Below are positions 45,490 to 54,794 of a stretch of DNA of 64,000 nt, in pieces. Positions within the stretch are counted from its first letter, which is position 1. Every line of letters begins with the position of its first letter. Location of the stretch: NCBI GenBank assembly GCA_020441545.1, contig JAGRLZ010000201.1:1415-65414 (forward strand), in the 5' to 3' direction. The stretch comes from Xanthobacteraceae bacterium (GTDB taxonomy: Bacteria > Pseudomonadota > Alphaproteobacteria > Rhizobiales > Xanthobacteraceae). The notes below the pieces were generated by a model, which saw only the letters and a program-made list of their open reading frames with translations, was not told the origin of the DNA and did not search any database. The position numbers and the translations under genes were made by a program.

Positions 45490-46890
45490 TCAATCCGCCG
45501 GATCGATCGGCGACGGCGGGGTGCCGCCGGCCTCGATCGCCTCGCCCGCCAGCAGGCACAGATCCTCGCGATAGCGCCCGGCAACCACCTGCACGCCGAC
45601 CGGGACGCGGCCGACCAGTCCGGTCGAGACCGTCAATCCGGGAAGCCCCATGAACGGGATGCCGACCTGGGGCATCTGCGCGCGCCACACCCGCGCGAAG
45701 GAGGCATCGTCCTTGAGGTCGAACTGGTCGGGAAACGGCAGTTCGCCGGACACCGGCAGCACCAGCACCGGATACTTTTCGAGGAACAACTGCCAGTCCC
45801 GCGTCAGCGTCGCGCGACGCACCAGCAGCGCGGAGAACGCCGCCGCATCGAGTGGCGTGACATGCTCGCGGCTGCCGCGCAGGCACGCCAGCGCGCCGGG
45901 ATCGCCCTCGCGCTCGGCCGCCTCCAGCATTGCCGCATAATTGTCGCCGAGCCAGAACTTGCGCTGCAAAGCGGCGGCTTCCGCGAGCGGCGGCGTGCTT
46001 TCGACCTCTTCCACGGCCCAGCCCGCGGCCCGCAGCCGCCGTCCGGCATCCTGCAAGGCGGCGATCACCTCGGGCACCGTTTCGAGCCCGTCCGGGCGCA
46101 GGCACAGCGCGGCGCGGCGCGGCATCGGCGGCCCTTCCAGCGGCGCCGGCACCCACCACGGATCGCGCACATCCTGCTGCGACATCGCCGCCAGCGCGAT
46201 CCGAAGGTCGCCGACCGTGCGCGCCAGCGGACCCGAGACGGCGGAAATCTGCGGACAGAACAGCCGTTCGGGCAGCGACGGATTGTGAGCCGGGATGCGT
46301 CCCAGGGTCGGGCGCAGGCCATGGATGCCGCAGGCATAGGCCGGATAGCGCACCGAGCCGGCGATGTCGGTGCCGTGGCCGATATGTCCGATGCCGGCGG
46401 CGGTCGCAGCGCCCGCGCCGCCGGACGAACCGCCCGGCGTGATGCCCGGATCGCGCGGATTGGTCGTATGGCCATGGAGCTGGTTGTTGGCGAACCAGCG
46501 GAACGAAAAGGCCGGCGTGTTGGTGCGGCCGACAATCACCGCGCCGGCGCGCCGCATGTTCGCGACCACGGGGTTGTCTTCTTGGGCGATATTGTCGCGC
46601 TGCGCCTTGATGCCGTTGGTGTTGGCGAAGCCGGCCTGATCGACATTGACCTTGATGGTGACCGGCACGCCCGCCAGCACGCCCGGGTCTTCGCCGCGCG
46701 CCACCTGCTGGTCCACCGCTTCCGCCTGCGCCAGCGTGTCCTCGACCCGGTGGTCGACCACCGCATTGATCTTCGGATTGACCGCCTCCAGCCGCCCGAT
46801 GGCGGATGTCGCCGCCTCCACCGCCGACACCTTGCGCGCGCGCACCAGCGCTGCGAGTTCGGCCGCCGAAAGGCGCCAGAGATCCTGCAT
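45490..46890 (-). CDS. Amidase (amidase signature family)
   Basis: GVPVTIKVN..., GGSSGGAGAA..., GTDIAGSVRYPA. ATG 46890 (MQDLWRLSAAEL). Confidence 0.85.
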   Translation of the reverse strand: MQDLWRLSAAELAALVRARKVSAVEAATSAIGRLEAVNPKINAVVDHRVEDTLAQAEAVDQQVARGEDPGVLAGVPVTIKVNVDQAGFANTNGIKAQRDNIAQEDNPVVANMRRAGAVIVGRTNTPAFSFRWFANNQLHGHTTNPRDPGITPGGSSGGAGAATAAGIGHIGHGTDIAGSVRYPAYACGIHGLRPTLGRIPAHNPSLPERLFCPQISAVSGPLARTVGDLRIALAAMSQQDVRDPWWVPAPLEGPPMPRRAALCLRPDGLETVPEVIAALQDAGRRLRAAGWAVEEVESTPPLAEAAALQRKFWLGDNYAAMLEAAEREGDPGALACLRGSREHVTPLDAAAFSALLVRRATLTRDWQLFLEKYPVLVLPVSGELPFPDQFDLKDDASFARVWRAQMPQVGIPFMGLPGLTVSTGLVGRVPVGVQVVAGRYREDLCLLAGEAIEAGGTPPSPIDPAD

Positions 46891-46996
46891 GATCGTCTCC
46901 TTGGAAGGCAGCAGCGGATGATGGGGCGTCATCCTAACCGCATCGATCCGCCGCGCAAACCGGCTCCCGGATCAGGGAGAGGCAAGACGGCCGGGC

Positions 46997-47230
46997 CAGA
47001 GCCATTTCCGTTCCGCTTCTATCGGAACGGGGCTCCATATCCTTATTTTAACGCATTTTCTTGACGCGAACCGGCACCCGCTTCGCTCGAAAACGCTCTA
47101 ACAGGCTGTTGAGCAACTCTCTGTGGTCATTCCGGACGCCGCGTAAGCGGCAATCCGGAATCCGAAAAACGCGAAGAAAACCAGTGTTGCCAGATTCCGG
47201 GTTCGCACCATCGGTGCGCCCCGGAACGAC
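46997..47230. repeat. Composite repeat: type-A (46997..47098) + 27-nt spacer + type-B (47126..47230)
   Basis: Collinear with the composite at 27884..28118. Confidence 0.85.
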
Positions 47231-47255
47231 GGCTGGGGACTCTTTCGACAGCCTG

Positions 47256-47516
47256 CTAATGCATGCGCCCGGCCGAGCGCGCCGGCGGATCGAGCACGGC
47301 CTCGTTGAACGGCATCTCGAACACCACCTCGCCGTCGCCGTCGCTGACTTCGAGCACGGCCCTGAACAGGTCGGCGTTCGACGCCTCGCTCTGCACCAGC
47401 TCGCGGATCATGGCGCGCGCCACCTCCCAGGCATGGTCCGGATCGCGCAAATCCTCCCCCTCGGGATCGAGCAGCAACTCGTTGCCGACGCGGGTATTGA
47501 AGAAGTATCGAGGCAT
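47256..47516 (-). CDS. DUF6894-like small protein (MPRYFFN...)
   Basis: 86 aa from ATG 47516. The N-terminal MPRYFF motif is recalled for this family. The longer 306-aa track ORF is rejected. Confidence 0.55.
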   Translation of the reverse strand: MPRYFFNTRVGNELLLDPEGEDLRDPDHAWEVARAMIRELVQSEASNADLFRAVLEVSDGDGEVVFEMPFNEAVLDPPARSAGRMH

Positions 47517-47657
47517 GCTTTCCCTCCGCTGTCGCGTCCCATCTGGGGAGCGAACGGCCTCGCCGCAACACATCCGCCCGACGCCCCGCGTTCCCGGCGC
47601 CTGCTTTATTGCAACGCAAACGCCCTGGCGCTCGCGCAGATCGCCGCATTTGCGCTG

Positions 47658-47686
47658 TTGGCGAACCGCACCGAAAGGCATAGATT
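47658..47686 (+). promoter_or_regulatory. Possible sigma70-type promoter for pqqA (TTGGCG-N17-TAGATT)
   Basis: Hexamers at 47658-47663 and 47681-47686, followed by the inverted repeat ATTGC-N8-GCAAT before the pqqA ATG. Confidence 0.3.
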
Positions 47687-47720
47687 GCGCTTGATGGCAA
47701 TCGCGCCGCTGGAGATGGAA

Positions 47721-47801
47721 ATGGCCTGGAAAGCACCGAAGATCGTCGAAGTGCCTGTCGGCATGGAAATCAACATGTACGCCTGCGCGGCCCGCAAATA
47801 A
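47721..47801 (+). CDS. pqqA: PQQ precursor peptide PqqA
   Basis: MAWKAPKIVEVPVGMEINMYACAARK with conserved Glu-x3-Tyr (E-INM-Y). Immediately upstream of pqqB. Confidence 0.85.
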   Translation: MAWKAPKIVEVPVGMEINMYACAARK

Positions 47802-47840
47802 GCCGCTTTGCGACGACCTGTACGGCCCGGGGGCGAGGCC

Positions 47841-48767
47841 ATGCTTCGTGTCATCGTTCTCGGCGCCGCGGCAGGCGGCGGCGTTCCGCAGTGGAATTGC
47901 GGATGCCGGATTTGCCGTGCAGCCCGCGGCACGCATCCCTCCCTCCAGAGCACCCAGTCGTCCATCGCCGTCACCGCCGATGACGCTCACTGGTTTTTGA
48001 TCAATGCCTCGCCCGACCTGCGGCAGCAGGTGACCGCAACCCCCGCGCTGCACCCGAGGCCGGGCGAGCTGCGGCACAGCCCGGTCGCCGGCGTCATCCT
48101 GACCAATGGCGAGGTCGATGCCGTCGCCGGCCTGCTGTCGCTGCGCGAAGGCTCGCCCTTCACCATCTACGCGCATCGGCAGGTGCTCGCGATCCTCGCC
48201 AGCAACAGCATCTTCAATGTGCTGAATGCCGAACTGGTCGGCCGCCAGCCGGTCGAAGCCGATCGCGCCTTCGCACCGACCCTGCCGGACGGCTCCCCGT
48301 CAGGCATCGAGGTGCTGCCGTTCGTCGTGCCCGGCAAGCGGGCGTGGTATCTCGAAGGCCACGCCCACCCGGGCCGCGACGACGACGGCGACACGCTCGG
48401 CCTGCGCATCGCGGACAAGCGCACGGGGCAATATTTCTATCACCTCGCCGCCTGCGCCCGGGTGACGCCGGCGCTTGCGGCACGCATTGGCGGCGCGCCG
48501 CTGGTGTTCTTCGACGGCACGGTGTGGCGCGACGACGAACTGATCGCGTCCGGCCTCGGCCGCAAGACCGGCCAGGCCATGGGACACATCGCCATGTCGG
48601 GCGCGGATGGCGCGATCGCGGCGCTCGCGGACCTCGGCATTTCGCGAAAAATTTTCCTGCACATCAACAATTCGAATCCGGCGCTGTGTCCCGATTCGCC
48701 CGAGCGCATGGCCGCGCGGCAGGCGGGATGGGAGATCGCAACCGACGGGATGGAGATCGTGCCGTGA
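47841..48767 (+). CDS. pqqB: PQQ biosynthesis protein PqqB (metallo-beta-lactamase fold)
   Basis: MLRVIVLGAAAGGGVPQWNCGCRICR..., a typical PqqB N-terminus. Confidence 0.9.
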   Translation: MLRVIVLGAAAGGGVPQWNCGCRICRAARGTHPSLQSTQSSIAVTADDAHWFLINASPDLRQQVTATPALHPRPGELRHSPVAGVILTNGEVDAVAGLLSLREGSPFTIYAHRQVLAILASNSIFNVLNAELVGRQPVEADRAFAPTLPDGSPSGIEVLPFVVPGKRAWYLEGHAHPGRDDDGDTLGLRIADKRTGQYFYHLAACARVTPALAARIGGAPLVFFDGTVWRDDELIASGLGRKTGQAMGHIAMSGADGAIAALADLGISRKIFLHINNSNPALCPDSPERMAARQAGWEIATDGMEIVP

Positions 48768-49522
48768 TTGAGACCACCGCGTTCTCGCTGGTCGCCGACA
48801 GGCCGTTGCAAAACGCCGGCGAACTGGAAGTCGCGCTGCGCCAGATCGGTGCGACGCGCTACCACAACCTTCACCCGTTCCATCGCCTGCTGCACGGCGG
48901 CAAGCTGAACAGGGGCCAGGTGCAAGCCTGGGCGCTGAACCGCTACTATTACCAGAGCACGATCCCGATCAAGGACGCGGTGGTGATCTCGCGCTTCCGC
49001 GACCGCGCCACGCGGCTGGAATGGCGGCACCGGATCGAGGATCACGACGGCGACATCGGCAGCGAGGGCGGCATCGAGCGCTGGCTGAAACTCACCGAGG
49101 GGCTCGGCCTCGACAGCGCCTATGTCGAATCCACCGAAGGCATCCTGCCGGCGACGCGCTTCGCGGTCGAGGCTTATGTCCATTTCGTGCGCGACCGCAC
49201 GCCGCTCGAAGCCATTGCCTCGTCGCTGACCGAACTGTTCGCACCGAACCTGCATGAGGAACGCATTTCCGGGATGCTGGCGCATTACGACTTCGTCAAT
49301 CCGGAGATCATGAGCTACTTCAGGCGCCGGCTGGAACAGGCGCCGCGCGATGCCAACTTCGCGCTGGATTACGTCAAGACCCATGCGGTCACGCCCGCCG
49401 AGCGCGAGGCGGTGTGCAACGCGCTGATCTTCAAGACCAACGTGCTTTGGGTTCAGCTCGACGCGCTGTATCATGCCTATGTCGACGGACACATTCCGCC
49501 GGGCGCGTTCGTGCCGGCGTGA
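48764..49522 (+). CDS. pqqC: Pyrroloquinoline-quinone synthase PqqC
   Basis: The GTG start overlaps the pqqB stop (GTGA). YHNLHPFHRLLHGGKL, ALNRYYYQ, RFAVEAYV. Confidence 0.9.
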   Translation: MIETTAFSLVADRPLQNAGELEVALRQIGATRYHNLHPFHRLLHGGKLNRGQVQAWALNRYYYQSTIPIKDAVVISRFRDRATRLEWRHRIEDHDGDIGSEGGIERWLKLTEGLGLDSAYVESTEGILPATRFAVEAYVHFVRDRTPLEAIASSLTELFAPNLHEERISGMLAHYDFVNPEIMSYFRRRLEQAPRDANFALDYVKTHAVTPAEREAVCNALIFKTNVLWVQLDALYHAYVDGHIPPGAFVPA

Positions 49523-49556
49523 TGTGAACGGAAAACAAAAACAACGGACCGGAGCG

Positions 49557-49892
49557 ATGTCCACGCCGCGCAGCCGCAACATCCGCGTCACGGAACAGAC
49601 CCGCCCGGTGCTGCCGCGCCATGCCCGACTGAAGTTCGACGACACCCGGCAGCGCTGGGTGATCCTCGCGCCGGAGCGCGTGCTGGCGCCCGACGACATC
49701 GCGGTCGAAATCCTGCACCTGTGCGACGGCGAGCGCAGCCTTGCGGCCATCATCGACCAGTTGGCCGTAAAATATGCCGCACCGCGCGACGAGATCGGCG
49801 CCGATGTGACGGCGATGCTGCAAGATCTGGCCGACAAAGGCTTCCTGGCCGACAAGGGCTTTCTTGCCGAGCCGCGGGAGGCGCCGCCATGA
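49557..49892 (+). CDS. pqqD: PqqA-binding chaperone PqqD
   Basis: RLKFDDTRQRWVILAPERV...EILHLCDGERSLAAI. It contains an 18-bp imperfect duplication (ADKGFL x2) at 49830..49865. Confidence 0.85.
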   Translation: MSTPRSRNIRVTEQTRPVLPRHARLKFDDTRQRWVILAPERVLAPDDIAVEILHLCDGERSLAAIIDQLAVKYAAPRDEIGADVTAMLQDLADKGFLADKGFLAEPREAPP

Positions 49893-51088
49893 GCGAAGCC
49901 GCCGGCACGCCTACCGACACGCCCATCGACAGCCTGGCGGTGCTCGAAGCGCGCGGCACCACGGCGGAGGCGTTCGGCATTCCGCTCGCGGTGCTGGCTG
50001 AGCTCACCCATCGCTGCCCGCTGCAATGTCCCTATTGCTCCAATCCGCTGGAACTGGAGCGCGCCAGGGACGAACTCACCACCGACGAATGGAAGCGGGT
50101 CTTGGGCGAACTCGCCGGCATCGGCGTGCTGCAAATCCATTTCTCCGGCGGCGAGCCGGCCGTGCGCAAAGACCTGACCGAACTGGTGCGCCATGCCACC
50201 GATGTCGGGCTCTACAGCAACCTCATTACGTCGGCCGTGCTGCTGACCAGGGGCAGGCTGCGCGCGCTGGCCGATGCCGGACTGTGCCACGTCCAGATCA
50301 GCTTCCAGGGCAGCGATGCGGCATCGGCCGATCGCGTCGCGGGGTTTCGCAATGCGCATGCGCAGAAGCTTGACGTCGCGCGCTGGGTGCGCGAACTCGA
50401 TTTGCCGCTCACCGTCAACGCGGTGATGCACCGGCAGAACCTGCATCAACTGCCGGACATCATCCAGATGGCGGTCGATCTCGATGCCGACCGGCTCGAA
50501 ATCGCCAACGTGCAATATTACGGCTGGGCGCTGAAGAACCGCGCCGCGCTGATGCCGACGCTCGCCCAGATCGAGGACGCGACCCGCATCGTCGAGGAAG
50601 CGCAGGCGCGGCTGAAGGGCACTCTCGCCATCGACTACGTGGTGCCGGACTATTACGCGCTGCGGCCGAAGAAATGCATGGGCGGCTGGGGCCGGCAGTT
50701 CTTCAACATCTCGCCGACCGGCAAGATCCTGCCCTGCCATGCGGCCGAGACCATCACCGGCCTGCATTTCGAATCGATGCGCGGCAACCGCTCGATCGCA
50801 TCGATCTGGCGGACGTCGGACGCCTTCAACCGCTATCGCGGCACCGGCTGGATGCCCGAGCCGTGCGCGAGTTGCGACTACCGGGAGATCGATTTCGGCG
50901 GCTGCCGCTGCCAGGCTTTCGCGCTCACCGGCAACGCCGCCAATACCGATCCCGCCTGCACGCTGTCGCCGCTGCACGAACGGATTTTCAGGACCGCCGA
51001 GGCGGAAGCCTCCGGCGAGGTCAGCCGCTTCGTCTATCGCAACTTCAAGGGCGGCACGCCGGAAGCGGACACGCATGATGACGCCTGA
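49889..51088 (+). CDS. pqqE: Radical SAM PqqA peptide cyclase PqqE
   Basis: ATGA overlap with pqqD. CPLQCPYCSN radical-SAM motif and a C-terminal SPASM Cys cluster. Confidence 0.9.
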   Translation: MSEAAGTPTDTPIDSLAVLEARGTTAEAFGIPLAVLAELTHRCPLQCPYCSNPLELERARDELTTDEWKRVLGELAGIGVLQIHFSGGEPAVRKDLTELVRHATDVGLYSNLITSAVLLTRGRLRALADAGLCHVQISFQGSDAASADRVAGFRNAHAQKLDVARWVRELDLPLTVNAVMHRQNLHQLPDIIQMAVDLDADRLEIANVQYYGWALKNRAALMPTLAQIEDATRIVEEAQARLKGTLAIDYVVPDYYALRPKKCMGGWGRQFFNISPTGKILPCHAAETITGLHFESMRGNRSIASIWRTSDAFNRYRGTGWMPEPCASCDYREIDFGGCRCQAFALTGNAANTDPACTLSPLHERIFRTAEAEASGEVSRFVYRNFKGGTPEADTHDDA

Positions 51089-52070
51089 CGCAGGCACGCA
51101 AGCCGGCGAGCGCACCGGCCCGTTCGCGCCGCTGACGTCGGAGATGGTGCCGGTCGGCGACGGCCACGACCTCTATGTCGAAAGCGTCGGCCGCAACGGC
51201 GGCATTCCCGCCGTCTATCTGCACGGCGGGCCCGGCAGCGGCTGCCAGCCCGATCACCGCCGGCTGTTCGATCCCGAGCGCTTCCATGCGGTGCTGTTCG
51301 ACCAGCGCGGCTGCGGCCGCAGCCGGCCCAGGGGCGCGCGCGACCGCAACACGCTGCCACACCTGGTCGCGGACATGGAAATCATCCGCGAAGCATTCGG
51401 CTTCGCGCGCTGGCTGGTGGTCGGCGGCTCGTGGGGCGCGACGCTGGCGCTGGCCTATGCGCAGGCCCATCCCGCGCGGGTCAGCGGCCTCGTGCTGCGG
51501 GCGACCTTCCTCGGCACCCGCGACGAACTCGACACAGCGTTCCTGGGCAACCTGCCCCGCTTCCACCCCGCGCTCAGCGACGACTTCCTCGGCCTGCTGT
51601 CCGCCGACGAACGCCGCCGGCCGCTCGAATCCTACTGGCGCCGCATCCTCGATCCCGATCCCGCCATCCCTGGCCCCGCCGCACACGCCTGGGGCGATAC
51701 CGAACGCATCCTGTCCGAGATCGCGCCGAAGCGGACGCGGCTCGATCCTGCGGCGCTGCAATCGTCGCGGCCGCTGCCCGCGACGCCGTTCATGGAAGCG
51801 CATTACTTCAGCAACGACTGCTTCATGACGCCGGGGCAATTGCTCGCCAGTGCCGGCAGCTTGCGCGGCCTGCCCGGCATCATCGTGCAGGGGCGTCATG
51901 ACCTGCTGTGTCCGCCGCAGACCGCCCACGCCTTGGCCGCGAGGTGGCCCGGCGCCGAGTTGCGCGTCGTTGAGGGGGCCGGCCATTCGCTCTACGACCC
52001 CGGCGTGCGCGCCGCGGTGATGACGGCGATCGCCGACCTGGCGGGACGACAACAGGCGGAGAGCAGATAA
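51075..52070 (+). CDS. pip: Prolyl aminopeptidase (proline iminopeptidase, S33 alpha/beta hydrolase)
   Basis: YLHGGPGSG, FDQRGCGRS, GGSWGATLALAYA (nucleophile elbow). The start overlaps the pqqE 3' end by 14 nt. Confidence 0.85.
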   Translation: MMTPDAGTQAGERTGPFAPLTSEMVPVGDGHDLYVESVGRNGGIPAVYLHGGPGSGCQPDHRRLFDPERFHAVLFDQRGCGRSRPRGARDRNTLPHLVADMEIIREAFGFARWLVVGGSWGATLALAYAQAHPARVSGLVLRATFLGTRDELDTAFLGNLPRFHPALSDDFLGLLSADERRRPLESYWRRILDPDPAIPGPAAHAWGDTERILSEIAPKRTRLDPAALQSSRPLPATPFMEAHYFSNDCFMTPGQLLASAGSLRGLPGIIVQGRHDLLCPPQTAHALAARWPGAELRVVEGAGHSLYDPGVRAAVMTAIADLAGRQQAESR

Positions 52071-52738
52071 TGCCGATGGCCGGAAAAGGCATGCTGCTGA
52101 CATCGATGGACATCGCACCCGCGGACGAGGCGGATTTCAACCGCTGGTACGACCGCGAGCACATCGCCGAGCGCGTCGCCATCGACGGCTTCATCGAGGC
52201 GCGACGCTACATCGCCCACGACACCGCGCCGAAATATCTCGGCCTGTATTCGACCGCGCGCTTTGCGGACCTCGACAGCCCGGCCTACCGCACGGCGCTC
52301 GCCAACCAGACCGAATGGTCGCTGCACAACATCGCCCGCTTCCGCAACATGATCCGCGCGGTGGCGCGCATCACGCTCAGTCGCGGACAGGGCCGCGGCG
52401 CCTGGCTCGGCATCGTCCGCATCCGCCCTGTGGCCGCCGCGCGCGACCGCCTGCGCGAGACGCTGTCCGCCCTGCTCGACCCCGCCGATCTGGCCGGCAT
52501 CATCTCGATGCATCTGCTGGAAAGCGATCCCACGCTGTCGAAGTCGCTGACCGATCCGCCGGACCGGCCCAATCCGGGCGCGGCCGACTGGTTCGTGCTG
52601 GTCGACGGCACGTCGGCCGCCGCCGTCGCCGGCATCGTTGAAACGCGCCTCGGCCCCGGCCTGCCGACCGAGGCGGCTACCCGAATTTCCGCGGGCATCT
52701 ATGCGCTGATGTGGGACCTCGCGAAGTCCGATCTCTGA
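52070..52738 (+). CDS. 222-aa conserved hypothetical protein (function unknown)
   Basis: The ATG overlaps the pip stop by 1 nt (TAATG). High GC3. Two similar-looking halves (…DFNRWYDREH… / …ADWFVLVDG…) loosely suggest an alpha/beta-barrel fold, but this is a guess. Confidence 0.6.
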   Translation: MPMAGKGMLLTSMDIAPADEADFNRWYDREHIAERVAIDGFIEARRYIAHDTAPKYLGLYSTARFADLDSPAYRTALANQTEWSLHNIARFRNMIRAVARITLSRGQGRGAWLGIVRIRPVAAARDRLRETLSALLDPADLAGIISMHLLESDPTLSKSLTDPPDRPNPGAADWFVLVDGTSAAAVAGIVETRLGPGLPTEAATRISAGIYALMWDLAKSDL

Positions 52739-52893
52739 AAGCCAGCCGCGACGCGATCTTGCTGCACCGCCGCAACGTCACCTCGCTTAACTGTGAGACG
52801 AATTGACGGGCCCGATTGTGCACAAATGACTTTTCAGCCGCGACCGGATCATGTTGAATGGTTCTAACTCTAAGCACATTGCCGCTTGCGCGC

Positions 52894-52923
52894 GTAACGA
52901 CCCATTGCGGATGTAACGACCCA
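52894..52923 (+). promoter_or_regulatory. Direct repeat GTAACGACCCA x2 (19-bp period) upstream of the kor operon
   Basis: Identical 11-mers at 52894-52904 and 52913-52923. A 10-bp palindrome TTGTGCACAA lies at 52816-52825. Confidence 0.3.
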
Positions 52924-52997
52924 AAGGCACCGACGACACACCCGGCGTCCGGCTAATCAACAACAAGAAAGACCGCGCCTGACCCATTCGATCCGGC

Positions 52998-54794
52998 GTG
53001 GATGGGATGGGAATGAAACCGACCGATATTTCGGCGCCCGATTACTTCCATAAGGTGGTCGACTGCCAGTGGGCCTGTCCGGCGCATACGCCGGTCCCCG
53101 AATACATCCGACTGATTGCCGCCGGCCGTTACAGCGACGCCTACATGCTGAACTGGAAATCGAACGTGTTTCCGGGAATTCTCGGCCGCACCTGCGACCG
53201 CCCCTGCGAGCCGGCCTGCCGCCGCGTGCGGGTGGAGGATGAGCCGGTCGCGATCTGCCGGCTCAAGCGCGTCGCCGCCGACTACAAGGACGACATCAAG
53301 GCGCGGCTGCCACGGCCGGCGGCAACAGGGAACGGCAAGCGCATCGCCCTTGTCGGCGCCGGGCCCGCCTCGCTGACGGTCGCGCGCGACCTCGCGCCGC
53401 TCGGCTACACCTGCGTGGTGTTCGACAGCGACACCCGCGCCGGCGGCATGATGCGCACGCAGATTCCGAAATTCCGCCTGCCCGACAGCGTGATCGACGA
53501 GGAGACCGACTATATCCTCGACCTCGGCGTCGACTTCCGCGGCGGCACCCGCATCGACAGCCTGAAAGCGCTGCTGGAGGACGGCTACGATGCCGTGGTG
53601 GTCGGCTCGGGGGCGCCACGCGGCCGCGACCTCGACATTCCCGGCCGCCAGGAAGCCGCCGCCAACATCCATATCGGCATCGACTGGCTTGCCAGCGTGT
53701 CGTTCGATCACATCCATTCCATCGGCAGGCGCGTCATCGTGCTCGGCGGCGGCAACACCGCGATGGACTGCTGCCGCTCGGCGCGCCGGCTCGGCGGCGA
53801 GGACGTCAAGGTGGTTGTGCGTTCGGGCTATGAGGAGATGAAAGCCTCGCCCTGGGAGAAGGAGGACGCCAGGCGCGAGGGCATTCCGATCCACAATTTC
53901 CTGGTGCCGAAGGCATTCCTGCATACGGACGGCAGGCTGACCGGCGTGCGGTTCGAAACGGTGACGGCGGAACACGACGCCAGGGGCCGCCGCAAGCTGG
54001 TCCCGTCCGGCGAGCCGGACGTCATCTTCGAATGCGACGACGTGCTGGTGGCGGTCGGCCAGGAGAACGCCTTCCCCTGGATCGAGCGCGACATCGGCAT
54101 CGCGTTCGACGAGCGGGACATGCCGGAGGTCGACAAACTCACCTTCCAGTCCACCAACCCGATGGTGTTCTTCGGCGGCGATGCCGCGTTCGGCCCGAAG
54201 AACATCATCTGGTCCGTGGCGCATGGCCACGAAGTGGCGGTGTCGATCGACAAGATGCTCCGTGGCGAGGATATCGCCGAGCGGCCGCGACCGGCGGTGC
54301 AGGTGATGAACCAGAAAATGGGCATCCACGAATGGAGCTACAAGAACGAGGTGATGCCGGACGAGCGCTACATGGTGCCCCATCGCGACAACGCGACCGC
54401 CCTCGGAAATATCAAGGCCGAGGTCGAACTCGGATTCGATCCGAACCTGGCGCTTGCCGAGGCCGGCCGCTGCCTCAACTGCGATGTCGAGACGGTGTTC
54501 ACCGCACCGCTTTGCATCGAGTGCGATGCCTGCATCGATGTCTGTCCGATGGACTGCATCACCTTCACCCAGGACGGCGATGAAGACGAGCTGCGCCATC
54601 GCCTGCGCGCGCCGGCGCTGAATCCGGAGCAGGCCATCTACGTCGCCGACGGCCTCAAGACCGGCCGCATCATGGCCAAGGACGAAGACGTCTGCCTGCA
54701 TTGCGGGCTGTGCGCCGAACGCTGCCCAACCGGCGCATGGGACATGAACAAGTTCTTCCTCGAAATGACCCATGCAGGCCCGGCATGCCGCTAA
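52998..54794 (+). CDS. GltD-like NAD(P)H-dependent FAD/Fe-S oxidoreductase fused to a 2x[4Fe-4S] ferredoxin domain
   Basis: N-terminal Cys cluster (CQWACPAHTP...CDRPCEPAC), IALVGAGPASL, VLGGGNTAMDC; C-terminal CIECDACIDVCP and CLHCGLCAERCP. Start is uncertain (GTG 52998, ATG 53007 or 53013). Confidence 0.85.
   Translation: MDGMGMKPTDISAPDYFHKVVDCQWACPAHTPVPEYIRLIAAGRYSDAYMLNWKSNVFPGILGRTCDRPCEPACRRVRVEDEPVAICRLKRVAADYKDDIKARLPRPAATGNGKRIALVGAGPASLTVARDLAPLGYTCVVFDSDTRAGGMMRTQIPKFRLPDSVIDEETDYILDLGVDFRGGTRIDSLKALLEDGYDAVVVGSGAPRGRDLDIPGRQEAAANIHIGIDWLASVSFDHIHSIGRRVIVLGGGNTAMDCCRSARRLGGEDVKVVVRSGYEEMKASPWEKEDARREGIPIHNFLVPKAFLHTDGRLTGVRFETVTAEHDARGRRKLVPSGEPDVIFECDDVLVAVGQENAFPWIERDIGIAFDERDMPEVDKLTFQSTNPMVFFGGDAAFGPKNIIWSVAHGHEVAVSIDKMLRGEDIAERPRPAVQVMNQKMGIHEWSYKNEVMPDERYMVPHRDNATALGNIKAEVELGFDPNLALAEAGRCLNCDVETVFTAPLCIECDACIDVCPMDCITFTQDGDEDELRHRLRAPALNPEQAIYVADGLKTGRIMAKDEDVCLHCGLCAERCPTGAWDMNKFFLEMTHAGPACR

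Noticed and set aside
48440-51115. 891-aa minus-strand ORF across the pqq cluster
   Set aside because: It runs antisense to pqqC/D/E, which have unmistakable signatures. This is a high-GC stop-codon-depletion artefact.
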